A stretch of DNA of 64,000 nt from NCBI RefSeq assembly GCF_009834535.1, contig NC_045697.1:18788001-18852000 (forward strand). Direction: 5' to 3'. The translations under genes were made by a program, and so were the position numbers. Source of the stretch: Camelus ferus (lineage: Eukaryota). Positions 26,451 through 39,600 of the stretch are shown one piece after another; positions within the stretch are counted from its first letter, which is position 1; the number at the start of each line of letters is the position of its first letter. The notes under the pieces are model-generated. The model saw only the letters and a program-made list of their open reading frames with translations, did no database searches and was not told the DNA's origin.

Positions 26451-28550
26451 TGGGCATTACTCGCACCCCTGGGTGGTCCGATTCAGACCTTACTTAGAGG
26501 AAAAGCACCACCCAGCAGAGCAGCTAATTCCAAGCTTGGGCAGTGCCCACCTGGGCCCAGAGAGGGAGCCTGGCTCCAGACCATGGGCTGTCTCTGTCCC
26601 CAGCACCCTCAGCAACCAGGCACTCTGTCGGGCAGGTGTCTGCGTAGATCTGCGAGTCTACAGCACGTGGGGCCCGGCAGCCCCTGTCTGCTGTTTGGCA
26701 AGTGGCATAGGTGTGGTCTCTGAAGAAAGATTTCCCAGGAGAGCAGAGATAAGAACTGGTATCAAGATCGCCCAGAAAAGTCATTTCAGGAATTTCTGCC
26801 CAGGGTGAAAATTCAAGGTGGATGAAAGAATAAGAACCCTCCCTAAGGAGAGGGTGGAGAGGCTATTTCTTCCAATCATGATTATTTATTCATTTTCTCC
26901 TAAAAATAAAACTGTCAGAACCCACTAGGAGCCTCCAGCCCGAGAGGATACGGGGGGAGCAGAACGCGGCTTCCCAGAAATCGAGTCACTTGCAGTCTGA
27001 GGACATCGAATGCACACGGGTGGGACCAGGGCACCGTTTATTCATTTGACAAACAGTGAACACCTGTCGCGCGTCAGGGCCCTGCTTGGCCCTGGGTATC
27101 AGCTGCAGTGCTGCCCGCTAATTTGCCCCTTGCTGGTGCTTTCTCAGCAGTTTTTACAGGTGCTGCGGTTAAGGGCACAGACTGCGCAGGTTGACTCCTG
27201 GTTCTGATGATCTTTGGCCGTGTGAGCTCGGGCAAGTTACTTGAGCTCTCTAAGCTTCTTCTGTGCGGTGGGGACCGTGGATACTGCCTAGCCACAGCAC
27301 TGTTACCAGGACTGCGTCAGCACTTGTAAAGGGCTGAGAATGGAGCCCAGCAGAAGCTGGCTGTCTGCAAATGCCTGTCATTATTATTGCTGTTATTCCC
27401 AGCTCCCTGTCTCTGATGGTACAGAACGTTCGTATTTCCTCCCCAGTCGCCCTTCCCTCTTCTTCCCAATATAAGATGCTCATCCTAGAGGTCAGTGGGC
27501 AGCGGTGTAGACCCTCTGACTCCACAGAGGACCCAGGTCGTTAGGACACACAGGTCTAAAGTGGGGAGGCATTTAAAATGACACACTCGGTGTGACTGTC
27601 CCCGGAACAGAGGGAACACACACCCGAACACACTTCCCTGGGGACCCCACAGGCACACTCTAGGTACTCCTTTCCCTTTCCTGTCAGCTGGTACACCCTC
27701 TTCTGGAAGAATCTCTTCTACAATTCTCCCCAAGAGGAAGGAAAACACCCTTTCTCCCCAAAGACTGGTTTGGTCCTGGGATCCACCTTCCAACCCTCCA
27801 CACGCCCCAGCCTGCAGCTCTTCCAGGTGACACGTGGTACTTGTTCCTTCTCATGTCAATTCAGATTCTTCGAGGGCCAGAGACCCGCGCTCCTGGCCTA
27901 GTTCTGCCATCTGCCACCTGCATGACCTTGGGCAAGTTACTTAACGTCTCTGGGCTTTAGTGTCTCTATCTGTAAAGCGAGGATAATAAGAGCACTAACT
28001 ACTCAAGGTCTTTGGGCAGATTCTTTGAGGCTCTGTGACGTGGATTGTTTTGCGGTTCCTTGAATGTGCAGAGAGGTTCCCACCTCTGAAACCTTCTGTT
28101 CCTCCTGCCTGGATTGAGCTTCCCACACCTTCACCTGGCTGTCGCCCCTCTTTGTGCAGGTGTCTGCTCTTCCAGAAAAAGACAGCCATCCTAGTGAGCC
28201 CGTCCGGGCCCGCCTGGCTCATGCCCTCTTCACTGCGCTCCCTGTTCTCTTTTCCACCAGTGCCCAGCGCCCCTGCATTTCTGAGCTTGCGTTGTGTGGT
28301 CCCCTCGTCTGCCGCTGGTGGGCAAGGTCCAGGAGAAGGGAAGCAGCGTCTGCCTTGTCACTGTGTCCCCAGAGCCTAGAACAGTGTCTGTAAAGGCTCC
28401 ATAAATGTTTATTGGATGAATTTGTAGAATGGATGGGCTCTGTGGGGGTTGCCCAGTGGGTCACTGGGCAGGCCTAGGGGTGGAGAGGTGAGGGGAGATT
28501 TGGTGATCCCTGCCAGTGAGAAGTTGTCCAAGAGGCAACTCTTAAATCAA

Positions 28551-28614
28551 ACACACACTCACACGCACATGCACACACACATACACGCACACGCACACGC
28601 ACACGCACACGCAC
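28551..28614. repeat. Compound (CA)n/(CACGCA)n microsatellite
   Basis: acacacactcacacgcacatgcacacacacatacacgcacacgcacacgcacacgcacacgcac. Confidence 0.9.
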
Positions 28615-29494
28615 TCTGTTCCCAAGGACAAACATTAAAACATTAATTCTCAGAGATGCTAAATCTGTTTTCAAGAAAGGGGAACATTTCCTGGACTACA
28701 ATGTAGTCTGTCTGCCCGTTTCTGGCCAGAGGGAGCTTTTTGTGGTTCTGTGGGGCAGTGGCGGTTCTGATCAGTCTAAAGACTCACCAGCCAGACTTTG
28801 GGTCCATGAGTATAAACATCCAGGCCTATTCCAGAACCATCAGCTTCTCAGCCATTCCTGAGCCACACTGAGTTTCAAAAACACCTTTGAAATTAGAGCT
28901 GTGTGTGTGTCTGTGTGTTTTCTTTCTGCGGGAGTTTTACGTGGGCCAGACTTCCCTCTGATACGCAGCAGGGAGGAGGGTGAGATCTACTGTTCTTCAG
29001 GGCTTGCAGTTCAGATATTTAAAAAGTATATCAAACACACACACACATTTTTTTGATAGGGAGCGGAGAAGATGGACTTCCTAGCATGTTGTACTGAATG
29101 GGCCACTGCACCTGCCAGACTTTTCTGAATGTTTACATTCTGGGCCTGAGGATCTTTAGGAGACATTCTTCGACTTTCAGACTCAATTTGCTTTTTCTCA
29201 AACTCACAGACTATGAAGGAGTCACCATAAAACCCAGTAGAACCAACACCTCCAGCAACTGAGGCTGTAACATTATCTACTGTTTAGAAAATTCACTGTG
29301 CTCTAATTTATAATCTAAGCTTTAAAAACACTTAATCCAAAAAAGTTTATATTTATTCTTTTGAAATGGAATAATACTACCAAGTCTTTATAATAGATCA
29401 TGTTTCCATAATTTTCTGCAAATATTTTAAGTTTTACATGTTACATGACTTAGTTAAAATTTAAATATACACAGGTAAATATAATGTTAAGTAT

Positions 29495-29513
29495 TGGCCA
29501 GTAGATGGCAGCA
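29495..29513 (+). promoter_or_regulatory. Candidate CTCF binding site
   Basis: TGGCCAGTAGATGGCAGCA matches the CCASYAGRKGGCRS core at all 14 positions. Confidence 0.7.
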
Positions 29514-31439
29514 AATTTGAACTTGGCCTGGGAAATAGACTTTCTCTAACGAGCTAGAACAGAGTATGAATGCCAGCCCTTGCACAGTAAAGATTTAAAG
29601 GCAAACAATGTGTGAGCCCAATATGTTCTCCAATCCTTGTTTTGATGAGCATCTTTGTAAAGTCCATTTACATCTCTATGCTTTTTTGGCATTTATTTAT
29701 CAAGAAGTATAAATCAAAACCCCACTTTGTGCCGGGCGGGGCCATCATGGCAGACAGGATCACCACCATTTTGAAGCTGTGTCCTTGCGCCATCACTTGG
29801 GTTACCATCCCAACACAGAGGGTCTCTAAACAATGTTTCAAGCAGGTGTACTGAGGCTCAAAGCATGGAGTTACAGAGTGGTGTGGAAGGCATTCTTATT
29901 TTGGCTCCTTGGAAACTCCAAATGGGTACAATTGCCAAGAATGAATAGAAGGTTCCACACCTCACTAAAGTGAGCTCCACACCAGCTAAGAAAATTTAGT
30001 TTCTGGAAGGTTTGATCATATCTTAGAAATGAAAGAAAACAAAATTTTGTGACACCCTGAGATCAGAGTTGATTAATGAGCCATGAGCCTAAACAGGCCT
30101 GGAGAATGTTTGATGGGTTAGTAAGAATTTGTCCTCTCCTGTGCCTCTGTCTTTAGGGTTTGTTGATGTGGTTGATGATTCAGAAATGAGGCTGCCTTCC
30201 ACAGTCCATCAGAATCCAGTTCTGTTTCCTGAGGCACAGCCAGTGACCTGGGGGGATTACAAAGGAGAGAAGGCACCTCTCACAGGGAGCAGGGAGCAGG
30301 GAGCTGTGACACCAGTCAGCGAGCCAGTCAGGCTCTGGCTCCTGTTTTGTGTGATGCTCCTGGACCCTCCATAGCCCAGCTGATTGGTCCAGAATGGACA
30401 ACTAATGCGGCGGCTGTCAATATATTGGGAGCCCAGCTCGGAGTGGATGGTGTCTGATACATGGCAGCCAGGAAATGGGTTAGCAGCAATGTGGAGGCCC
30501 AGGCAGCAAGCAGCAGCAGCGGTCATGAGTTGGGGTCCATGCGTTTGGAGCAATATGAAGGAGATGGAACCCTGGACTTGAGCAGGCTCAACCTATCCTG
30601 ACTTTCTCTATGATGATAAGAATCACCTGGGATGGAGAGGGGTGCTTATTAAGTACACAGGTAACCAGTCTTCTCCTCCAGAAATTCTAATTCAGTAGGT
30701 TTGGGGTGGGACCTGGGCTTATGTATTTCCAGCAAGCTCCCCTGGGATTCTGATGGGCTAGTCCTTGGCCCACAGTCCAAGGAACAAGGGCTTAGAGTCC
30801 CTTTCAACTCTAGATTCTATAATAGGTTCATGCCACAGGAACAATCCTGGTTTTGCATGTAGTGGGGAAAGAAAGTTGGACACCATCATTTCTGTAGGAC
30901 CTCTCCTATGGTGACCTTGCTCTTGGCTGTTTACAAAAGGTCTTTCATTTAACCCTCTCAGTACCCAACCTTGTGATTCTCTTTTTATCCCCATTGTACA
31001 GAAAATGAAAACGAAGATCAGAGAAGTTAAGTAACTGGCCCAAGGTTGAACAGTTAACAGGTGAAGGCTTTAGGATTCAAACCAACATCAGGTGGGTCTC
31101 ATGCTTATTAATTAATTAGTTAACATGTTCATTGATCCAAAAAAGAATTATTCAATATATCTATGAATTAAGCACGGGGTCAGGCATTCGGACATAAGAC
31201 GAGCAAAGCAGTGACAGACAAGCCCTCATAGGCTTTAGTGGGAAACGTGGCTTTTGAACAAGGAGTAACACCACAGAGTGAAAACAGATTTCAGAGCTGC
31301 CACTCTGGTTCCAGAGGACTGCACTGGTCCCCTCGTCCACCTGGGAGGACTCTCTTCCCCAGATCTTCACACAGCCGGCCCCTTCCTATAACCCAGACTT
31401 TGGCTCCAATGTCCCCTGCTCACATAGCGGGTGAGAATT

Positions 31440-31640
31440 AGGACTGGGGCGCCAACCCTTGGGCCTGCGTCCAGCCCCACTACTTACTGGCTGTGTGATG
31501 TAGAGCAATTTACTTCACTTCTGTGTGCGCTGGTTTCCTCACCTGTAAAAGGGCAGTAATAATGCCTACCCCACAGGGTTGCTGTGAAAATTAAATGAGC
31601 TAATACACACAAAGTACTTCAAACAGTGTCCGTCGCAGGG
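31440..31640 (+). mobile_element. MIR SINE (one of many, e.g. ~27.2k, 27.9k, 31.0k, 38.4k, 45.1k, 46.2k, 48.8k, 52.3k, 55.0k)
   Basis: cactacttactggctgtgtgatgtagagcaatttacttcacttctgtgtgcgctggtttcctcacctgtaaaa...gggttgctgtgaaaattaaatgag is the MIR core. Confidence 0.8.
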
Positions 31641-33974
31641 GAAACAGCACGGAAACCTTCACTTCTGTTATCCCCTGAACACCCTACCTAATGATGAGGT
31701 GCCTCATTTATTCACATGTACCAAGTCACCCTGTTTTGTTTTCTTCAGAGTCCTTGTTCCCAAACCACTCTGCGTTTACTGGTGTCTCTACCTCAACAGC
31801 CTAAACCAGGGGACCTGGGCATTGTCCACACTCCATGCGCCTTCAGGTCCTGGAGCTGCGGAGGCCACCCAGCCCTTTATTAAAGGGGTGGACGTGTGAG
31901 CATGGAATCTGGGCTCTCTGGGAGAACAGAGCCGTTCCCAGGCCAAGCAGTCAGGAACGCCCGCCTTCCATGGGGCGAGCTTTAGACCGACTACATACTA
32001 TACCCGACAGAAAGTCACAGCTTCTGCCATTAAGAATAGATGATGGAAAGAAATAGATGGGCTTTGTCGGCCTCCGCTGACCTCTTCGTTGAGAGGTTTC
32101 AGCCTTCCCGGAAAATCTTTAGAGGCTCTAAACTCAGAAGTCAGAACTAGAAGAATGTCTAGCTGTTGAAGATTAGAGCTAGCAGTCTGTCGTAGGTCAT
32201 GCTGGTCTGTATTGTAACTTCGACGTTATATTTAAACATGGGTTTTTATATTTAATAAACAATAGGGCCCTGAGAGAGTCTCTGGAGCCTTCTGCTAACA
32301 TTCATCATCTTCCCGAACACATGCTGCCGCTTGGACTGGGGAGCTGGCCGAACTCTAAGGGCGGGGTGGACAGGAGAAGTCCTCATCCATTCAGCTAGAG
32401 TTGCCAATCTGTGCTTCCACTTCTACCGAGAAAATGATGGAAGGAAGCAGCTGAGTGGCTTTTGCTGAGCTTGGCTTTTAGTATTTTGAGCCTTCCTGAA
32501 AAATCAGCTACATGTTGGGGTCAGCCTCACCCTAGGCTACTAGGAGTATGAAATCAGGAGACCCAGTCTGTAAATGCCTTTCTCATCTGATTGCTGATTC
32601 TTGAAATCCTCATAGGAAGGTCTTTCTTTTTGCAAAAAGACAATGTCTTGAAAAGCACATATACTGGGGAGGGGAATGTCTGTAATTGAGATTCAGTCTA
32701 AGAGGTAAGAGGTTGATCTTAGATCTTTTAGGTTGAAAGATTTTGATTTTGACAGAGGAGAAAGGATGGAAGACACTTAGAGAGAGGTGGTAGAAAACAG
32801 GGAAAGGACGATGCATCAGTCATTGCTGCATAACAAATCATACAAAGCTCAGTGATACATAAAAACATTTATTTCTTGCTCAAGTGTCTGTTGATCAAGT
32901 TGGGTTTGGCTGATCTGTGCTAGGCTCTGCTGGGCTTGGCTCCATCCAAACTGTTGGTAAAGTCCAGATCTGCTCCATGTGTCTCTCATCCTTCTTGGAC
33001 TGGCTGCAAATAGGAGGAATAAATGGAAGCACTCTATGTTTCTTCTGTCATGGGCTCAAAACTTACTTTCACTTCCCCACCCCCAGCTTCTTTTGGCCAA
33101 AGCAAGTCACATGGCCAATCCCAATATCTGTGGGGCAGGGAACAATATGCCTCCTGTAGATGAGCAGGTGGCATCAAGAGAAAGAATATTTGCTGAACGA
33201 TAGTCTTCCACAGGCCTGGGTATTGAAGGCTACTTTGACCCTCCTCACAGTAAGCCTCCCATTGCACCAACCTATTCAGTTTTATTGGGTCCTCACAGAA
33301 TTAAGACAGTGAATCTCAAGTGAGGCTCAGGGTCTTTAAATCAGATCACTCTCTCATGCACCATCATTTTATTCTGCAAAGGAGTCTCTTTTCCTCCCCT
33401 GGCCAACACTCTCACCTCACTCCAACACTCCTTGCTCTACTTTACTTCTTTGGGCCCAAATTGATCACATTCCATTCCTCCCCTGGATCTTTTTATTCTT
33501 GTTTCAGATCCTGGGGGCAGGGGCCAACACCACCACCCTCCCTGACAAAAACCAGCCATTGTCCAGTATACCTGAATTTCTCAAAATTCCCTCTGTAAAA
33601 ACAAGAAGTAAGGGGGCCAGGAGCTAGCATTTCAGAGTCACCATAAAGAGATTGTCTTTCCCACAGGAAATTCAATCATAACAGTTATTTTCATAGTTAA
33701 TAAGTGTATGTTAATGCCGAGTTAAAAGTAAGAAACTGACAGATCAAGACTGACAATGGAAGACCTCAACCAATCTTCCTGGCTGCCCCACAGCCCACAG
33801 GACACATCACCAAGAAGCACTCCTTTCATTCTTCCCAACTTGGTTCAGCATCTATGATGTGCTAATCCCCGTGGTGTCCTCTGTGTGTGCAGCATGTGAT
33901 CATATTTAATTTCTCTCCTCTCAGTCAATTTCTTGTTCTTCCTCCCCACCCCCAGCACCTGAGAGCCCCTAAAT

Positions 33975-34092
33975 GCAGTTGCCAGATAGAGTGAATAAAC
34001 ACATTACCCAGAACATGCTTATGCTAAAACATTATTCATTGCTTATCTGAAATTAAGATTAAATGGCATCTTGTATTTCGTCTGGCAAGCCT
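33975..34092. mobile_element. MER53-like hAT relic
   Basis: Inverted termini gttgccagat ... gtctggcaagc, with an AT-rich internal segment of the MER53 type. Confidence 0.55.
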
Positions 34093-34485
34093 CCACCTGG
34101 AAGGCTCCCAGGGAAACACCTGCTGAGTTAGGTCTTGGGATTCGTTGGCTCCACCCGAAGGAGATTTTCATCTGGGCTGGACCCACTCGGCTGGCGCTTC
34201 TGTTCTCACTCGCCCATCTCGTTTATTTGCTGGCTGTTTTATTATTGCTGCTGCTGCTTCTGTGCTCAAGGAATGGAACTGAAATTAGGGCCCAAGAAAG
34301 AAAGAGCAGTTGAGGGAGAAGAGACCTAGGAGCAGATATGAAGACTTAACTAACTCTCAGGGATTCTGGGGGTACCAACCAAGGGGCATTTATGAGGCTC
34401 CATCTTCTTGGACCAGTTTGGGCTGGTTCAGGGCCTTAGGAATGAGAGTGGCCCTCTGAGCCCTGTATCCTTCTGGGAGGGGAGG

Positions 34486-34862
34486 TATATTAGTCAGCTA
34501 GGGCTGCGTAACAAAATACCAAAGATTGGGGGACTTAAACAGCAGATTTTTGTTTTCGCACTGCTCAGAAGTCCAAGATGAGCAGAGCTGATTTCCTCTG
34601 AGACTTCTCCTTGGTTTGGGGATGGGCTACCTCTTCACACAATTGTCTCTCTGTGCACGTGTATCCCTAGTGTCTCTCTGAGTATCCAATTTCCTCCTCT
34701 TATAAGGATATCAGTCAGATTGGATTAGGGCCCACCCTCACAGCCTCATTTTAACTTAATTACCTCTTTAGAGGCCCTATCTCCATGTAGTCACATTCTG
34801 AGATGCTGGAGGTCGGGGCCTCAATGTAGGAATTTTAAAGGGACACAGTTCAGGCCATAACA
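34486..34862 (-). mobile_element. MLT1B-like MaLR LTR
   Basis: tatattagtcagctagggctgcgtaacaaaatacc...cagattggattagggcccaccctc...ggacacagttcaggccataaca. Confidence 0.8.
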
Positions 34863-35376
34863 GGAGGCACATTGGACCCACAGTCCCAGGATCTCCTTAC
34901 AGCTGAATGCTGCAGTGTATCAAGTGGTCTGTTCACTCAACAAAGCCAAAGGCACAGCATGTTTGGAAATCAAGACCCTGACCTTGTGAGGCCAAGCTTA
35001 ACTGAAGCCACTGGCTAGTCCTGATGGAAGACACACTAATATCACAATTCCCAGGACCACAGATTATTAGTCCTCAAATGGAGCTAAATTAGTGGTTTTC
35101 AAATCATGTTCTGTGGAACCCAAGGGGTTCCACCAAGATTTGAAGGAAGTATCTCAAAGCTCCCATTCCTTCATCTCTTTTCCATTTGGGCTTCCATACA
35201 GAACTGCTTGGGGGGAAAAAGAGGTTCCTCTGTGTTAAAAGTTTTAAACCACTCATCTATTCTAATACTTTATCTTATAGATGAAGGATGCATATATCAA
35301 ACATGTTTTGAACACATGTTCAAATATGTGATTTGAACTTCATATATGATCTTCTGTGCTAGATTTAGGGTTGTTT

Positions 35377-35448
35377 GCTAATGAAGCATAAGGCAGCAAA
35401 AATTGACCAATAGCTAATGAAGCATAAGGCAGCAAAAATTGACCAATA
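35377..35448. repeat. Perfect 36-bp tandem duplication (2 copies)
   Basis: gctaatgaagcataaggcagcaaaaattgaccaata at 35377-35412 and again at 35413-35448. Confidence 0.95.
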
Positions 35449-35490
35449 AACCCAGAAACCCCAAGCACACTTCTCCTTATATTGCATTGG

Positions 35491-35826
35491 TGTCTTAGTC
35501 CATTCAGGCTGCTATAACAAAATACCACAGACTGGGTGGCTTAAACCACAAACATTTCTCACAGTTCTGAGGCTGGAGGTCCAAGGTCAAAGAACCAGCA
35601 GAGTTGGGATCTGATGAGAGCTTGCTTCCTGGTGCATAGATGGTCATCTTTGTGCTGTGTCCTCACATGGTGGGAGGGGTGAGGGAGCTCTCTGGGGTCT
35701 CTTTCACTAGGGAACTAATCCCATTCTTAAGGACACCACCTTCATGACCTAATCACCTCCCAAAGACCTCACCATCACATTGGGCGTTAGATTTCAACAT
35801 ACAAATTTCACATTCTGTCCATAGCG
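35491..35826 (-). mobile_element. MLT1A-like MaLR LTR
   Basis: tgtcttagtccattcaggctgctataacaaaataccacagactgggtggctt...atgacctaatcacctcccaaag...cattctgtccatagc. Confidence 0.8.
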
Positions 35827-35838
35827 ATGGGCTAGAAC

Positions 35839-36135
35839 CAGTGGTGTGTTGCTTGTACTCAAAATGCATCACTTCCTAATTATTTTACTACCCTTAGCTG
35901 TTACTCATGCCCTGGAGGTTATTTATGTCTACGGTCTTGGCATGGTGGGTGGAATTCCTACGAAATGCTGTGTTGCTGTACAACCCTTCCAAGCTCTCTG
36001 AGTTCAACAATGTCACACTGGCAGCTTGAAATTGGCCATAGTGGGGGTATTTACACCATGGAAATCAGCAAACTTGCTGCAAATTAAGGCCTTTTTTTTT
36101 TTTTAACTGGAGGGTCCATTGTTAAATATCACTGG
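35839..36135. mobile_element. MER63-like hAT-Blackjack relic
   Basis: ccagtggtgtg...gcagcttgaaattggccatagtgggggtatttacaccatggaaatcagcaaac...cactgg. Confidence 0.6.
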
Positions 36136-39100
36136 CCAGAAATGGGACACACACTTATGTCTAAACCAATAACTGGCAAAAAGGGGTAAGATTGTCCTGT
36201 GTGACACAGACCCACCATTATTTACCCCTTGGACCTGGACTTCCCCCCTGAGCATAATGCCACCAATACCTGCATATAACAGGACTTCATTAGCAAGCAG
36301 TGATGAGTAAGGTGTGGGGAAATGAGCTTTTATTAGGCAATTAGACTTATACAAAGTCAGTGTTTTGGGAGCTCAGAAGAGGGGGAAATCCTTTCCAACA
36401 GAGGATTTTGGGCATTTTATGGAGAAGATAACATGTGAGCTGAGCCATGAAGAAGAATAGGGTTTTAGCAGGAAGATCTAAAAAGAAAAGGAGAAGATCG
36501 CACTTTGAGGGAGGCATGGATGCGAGGCAGTGCTCGTGGGACAGCAGATCGCTCTGCTGTGAAAGGAAGAGGACACGGACTGACAGGGAAGAAGATGAAC
36601 TCTCAACTGCTGAGGACTTTGAAGGCACGCTAAGGAAGTGGGGTTTTCAGGCAGTGGGGAGCCACGGAGAATTCCTGGACAGTGAGGGGGGTGCTCCATG
36701 TTCTCCAGTACTTCCTGATACCACCTTTTCAAAAATGAGCCAGATTTTGAGCCTGAGAATCTGACACAACGAGGGTCCCACTAGCAGGCAGTGAAGTGGT
36801 GTGAGATGTGACAGATCGTTCCAGTTCAGATATAACAAGTCTGGGGCTGTGGGAACATCCTGACATCCTCGTGATAGCCTGTGGGTAATAATAATCTGCA
36901 AATTTCACTGGGGAAGGGGGACTTTTGATAGAAAGGTAACAGGCTAAGAGGCAGACCAGGAAGCTTTCCACCTGAGGCTGATGGATAAGTTGGCCTGTAT
37001 TTGTCTCCTCTCTGATTATTCTGAGAAAACAGATCTACCTTAATAATGTTGATAAATCGTCCAAGAGGTGAAATCTCATTGACTGATATTATCTCTTGGT
37101 TTCCCCATGAGGTGGCAGAGTGTATTTATCTTCCTTCTAAAAATAAACATAGGGCTAGAAGCATCCAAGACACCAGTGCAGAAGGCCAGCTTTCAAATCT
37201 CCCACATTCAGGGAGCTCAGAGTGAGGACCAAATGTCCCTGGGAGGAGGGGGGGTGTGGGCGTAGACACGGGATTTCTCACCTTTCTGGTTGTTACAGCA
37301 CCAGGACTGGAAACTGTGAAGCATCGTAGGAAAGGAAATCACCAGCTATTGATTACTTAGATTCCTACCAGCAGCCTGGTGGCATTAGAATGGGGCCCGA
37401 TCTGTCCCTGCCGCTCAACAGCTGGCCTTGTACACAATGCTGCTTCCTCTGAGCCTCAACTTCTCCACCTCTGAAATGTGGAAAATGACGCTACACACGT
37501 TGTTTTGAGACTTAAATAAGAAACCATATGCTGCTTCATGAGTAACCTTCTCAGGGGCTTCCCAGGTGAGACCTGAAACTGGCCTCCTGGGTGGAGGGCA
37601 GGGAGACACGGAAGACAGAGGCAGCCCCTCCAGACTGGTCAGTGGCAGGTATAACAAGCAAGGGAACTTTCCCGGGGGGCGGTAAGAGGAGTAGGTCCCC
37701 AAGCCCGCCCACTAGACTCAGAAATTTACGCAGAGCACTCACCTGGGTTCAGTCCCCTGCACAGCTCAGCAGCCTCAGCACCACGTTCCCATCTCAAAGC
37801 TATATCCTTGGAGCAGCTCCTGTGAGTGGGGAAGGCAAGTGTCAAGCACATTCCAAGGGTGGAAGAGGGGAAGGGGAGCTTCCAATTACCCAGGTCCAGC
37901 TCGGGGGTCAACGGCGGAAACAGCTTTTTAACATCGTCCTCTAACCCCACATGCTCCAGATGTTCATCCATCCTTCTGCGAGAGTTTATTGGCTCCTGCC
38001 GTCACCAGCAACTTGCCTGATGCATGAAGCAGGCTTTACTGAATGTTGGTACCCCTCTCACCAAGGCCAGATTTGGTTTTGGAGTGGATTTTTATGCCTA
38101 CATTTCAGTGAAAATGGGGCTCATGTTCCAGGGACTAGTTTCCCACAAGGTGCTCTGGGCAGCTGTGACCTAGAAGGGGCTGAGAGCTTGCAGACTCCTC
38201 TCTGAGACCTTTCTTTTCTCACCCTGATTCCCTTCTCTTAGAGGTTCCCTGAAGATCAAGCTCTCTTCAGAGGTGGTTCTCTGCTTGGGAGCTTCTCTGA
38301 TTGCAAAGACGACAGGAAGCCAATGAAACTAAAGGAGAATGTGGAATAATAAAAGCACATAGCCAATTCTGACCCACGGAGTCCCACAGTACCAGAGATG
38401 GAGCGACAACCCCTCATGTTGAACAAGGGAACTGATACTCAGAGAGGGTGTATGACTTGCCTGGAACCACACAGCAAGTCAGTGACAGGGCTAAGACTCG
38501 GACACAGATTTCTGGACTTGGGGTCCAAGGTACATCCTCTTTACCCACAGAGGAGGTGCTTGCGGTCAGCAAACTTGAAAGCAGGATTTGATGGACTCCA
38601 TGTACAGCGTAGAGAGTTGGAAACGGTGTGGCTCTTCAGCCAGCTTCACCTCTTGTCAGGAGCCCTCAGCACTCTAGGCAGGATGCCTCTGGTTAGGATG
38701 GTGCCATCCCCCAGGGGACCCAGAAAAGCCGGCACTGAGGCAGGACTCCATTCAAACGTACTCGCCCGTTCACTCTGTCATTCACCCCCAAACACGTCCT
38801 GAGCCCCTGTTATGTGCTACGCACGAGGGTGGGTGCTGGACAATTTACCCTTGTCTGACCTCTCCTCTTGGGCAAGAAGGAGGATCTGAAATTCCTCCGA
38901 GGCCGGGCTCCTCAGAGCTGGGGTCGGGTGTAGAGTTGTGGGGCTGGCCCTCGGCTGTTGCCACAGCAGGTGTAGGCAAGCTGGAATCTGTGTTTTTACT
39001 TAAGGGTGACTCAGAAGCTGGAGGGGCCAGAGGGACCCAAATCGAGGAAGCACCTTGGCTGGAGCTGAGAGCCAGCCACAGGGCTCAGATGTAGGGCAGG

Positions 39101-39344
39101 TAGAGGAGGGCTCTCAAGGATGCTCAGAGGCTGTCCCAGGGGAGTCCTGCCAGAGAGCAGACAGGTGGCGGGGGACAGCTCAGGGCACCAAGTGGGCTTT
39201 GATAATACTTATCAGCCCTAATGAGGACTTGAGCTTGGATGAGGTGCTGACGGTTCTTACTATTCTTAAAGGGAATGAGGGCGGAAAGGAGCAAAACCGA
39301 GGGATATTATAGACCAGTGGTTAACATCCCTTCCTCTCTCTAAA

Positions 39345-39600
39345 ATTTTGTTAGAAACAATGTTAAATTTACCATCTTAACCATTTTTTAAGTGTACAGT
39401 TCAGTAGTGTTAAGTGTATTTACATAGTCGGGCAAGCGATCTCTAGAAATTTTTCATCTCGAAACACTGAAACCCTATATTCACTAAATACTAAGTCCCC
39501 AGCCTTGGAAATCATCTTTCTACATTTGATTTCTATAATTTTTGACAATTTTAGATATTTCATAGGAATGGAATCATACAGTATTTGTCGTTTTCCCCTG
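39345..39600 (-). mobile_element. L1MB-like 3' end
   Basis: aaatttaccatcttaaccattttttaagtgtacagttcagtag...ggaatcatacagtatttgtc. Confidence 0.7.

Noticed and set aside
35377..35448. CRISPR-like 36-bp direct repeat
   Set aside because: Only two adjacent copies, no spacer, and a mammalian context. It is a simple tandem duplication.
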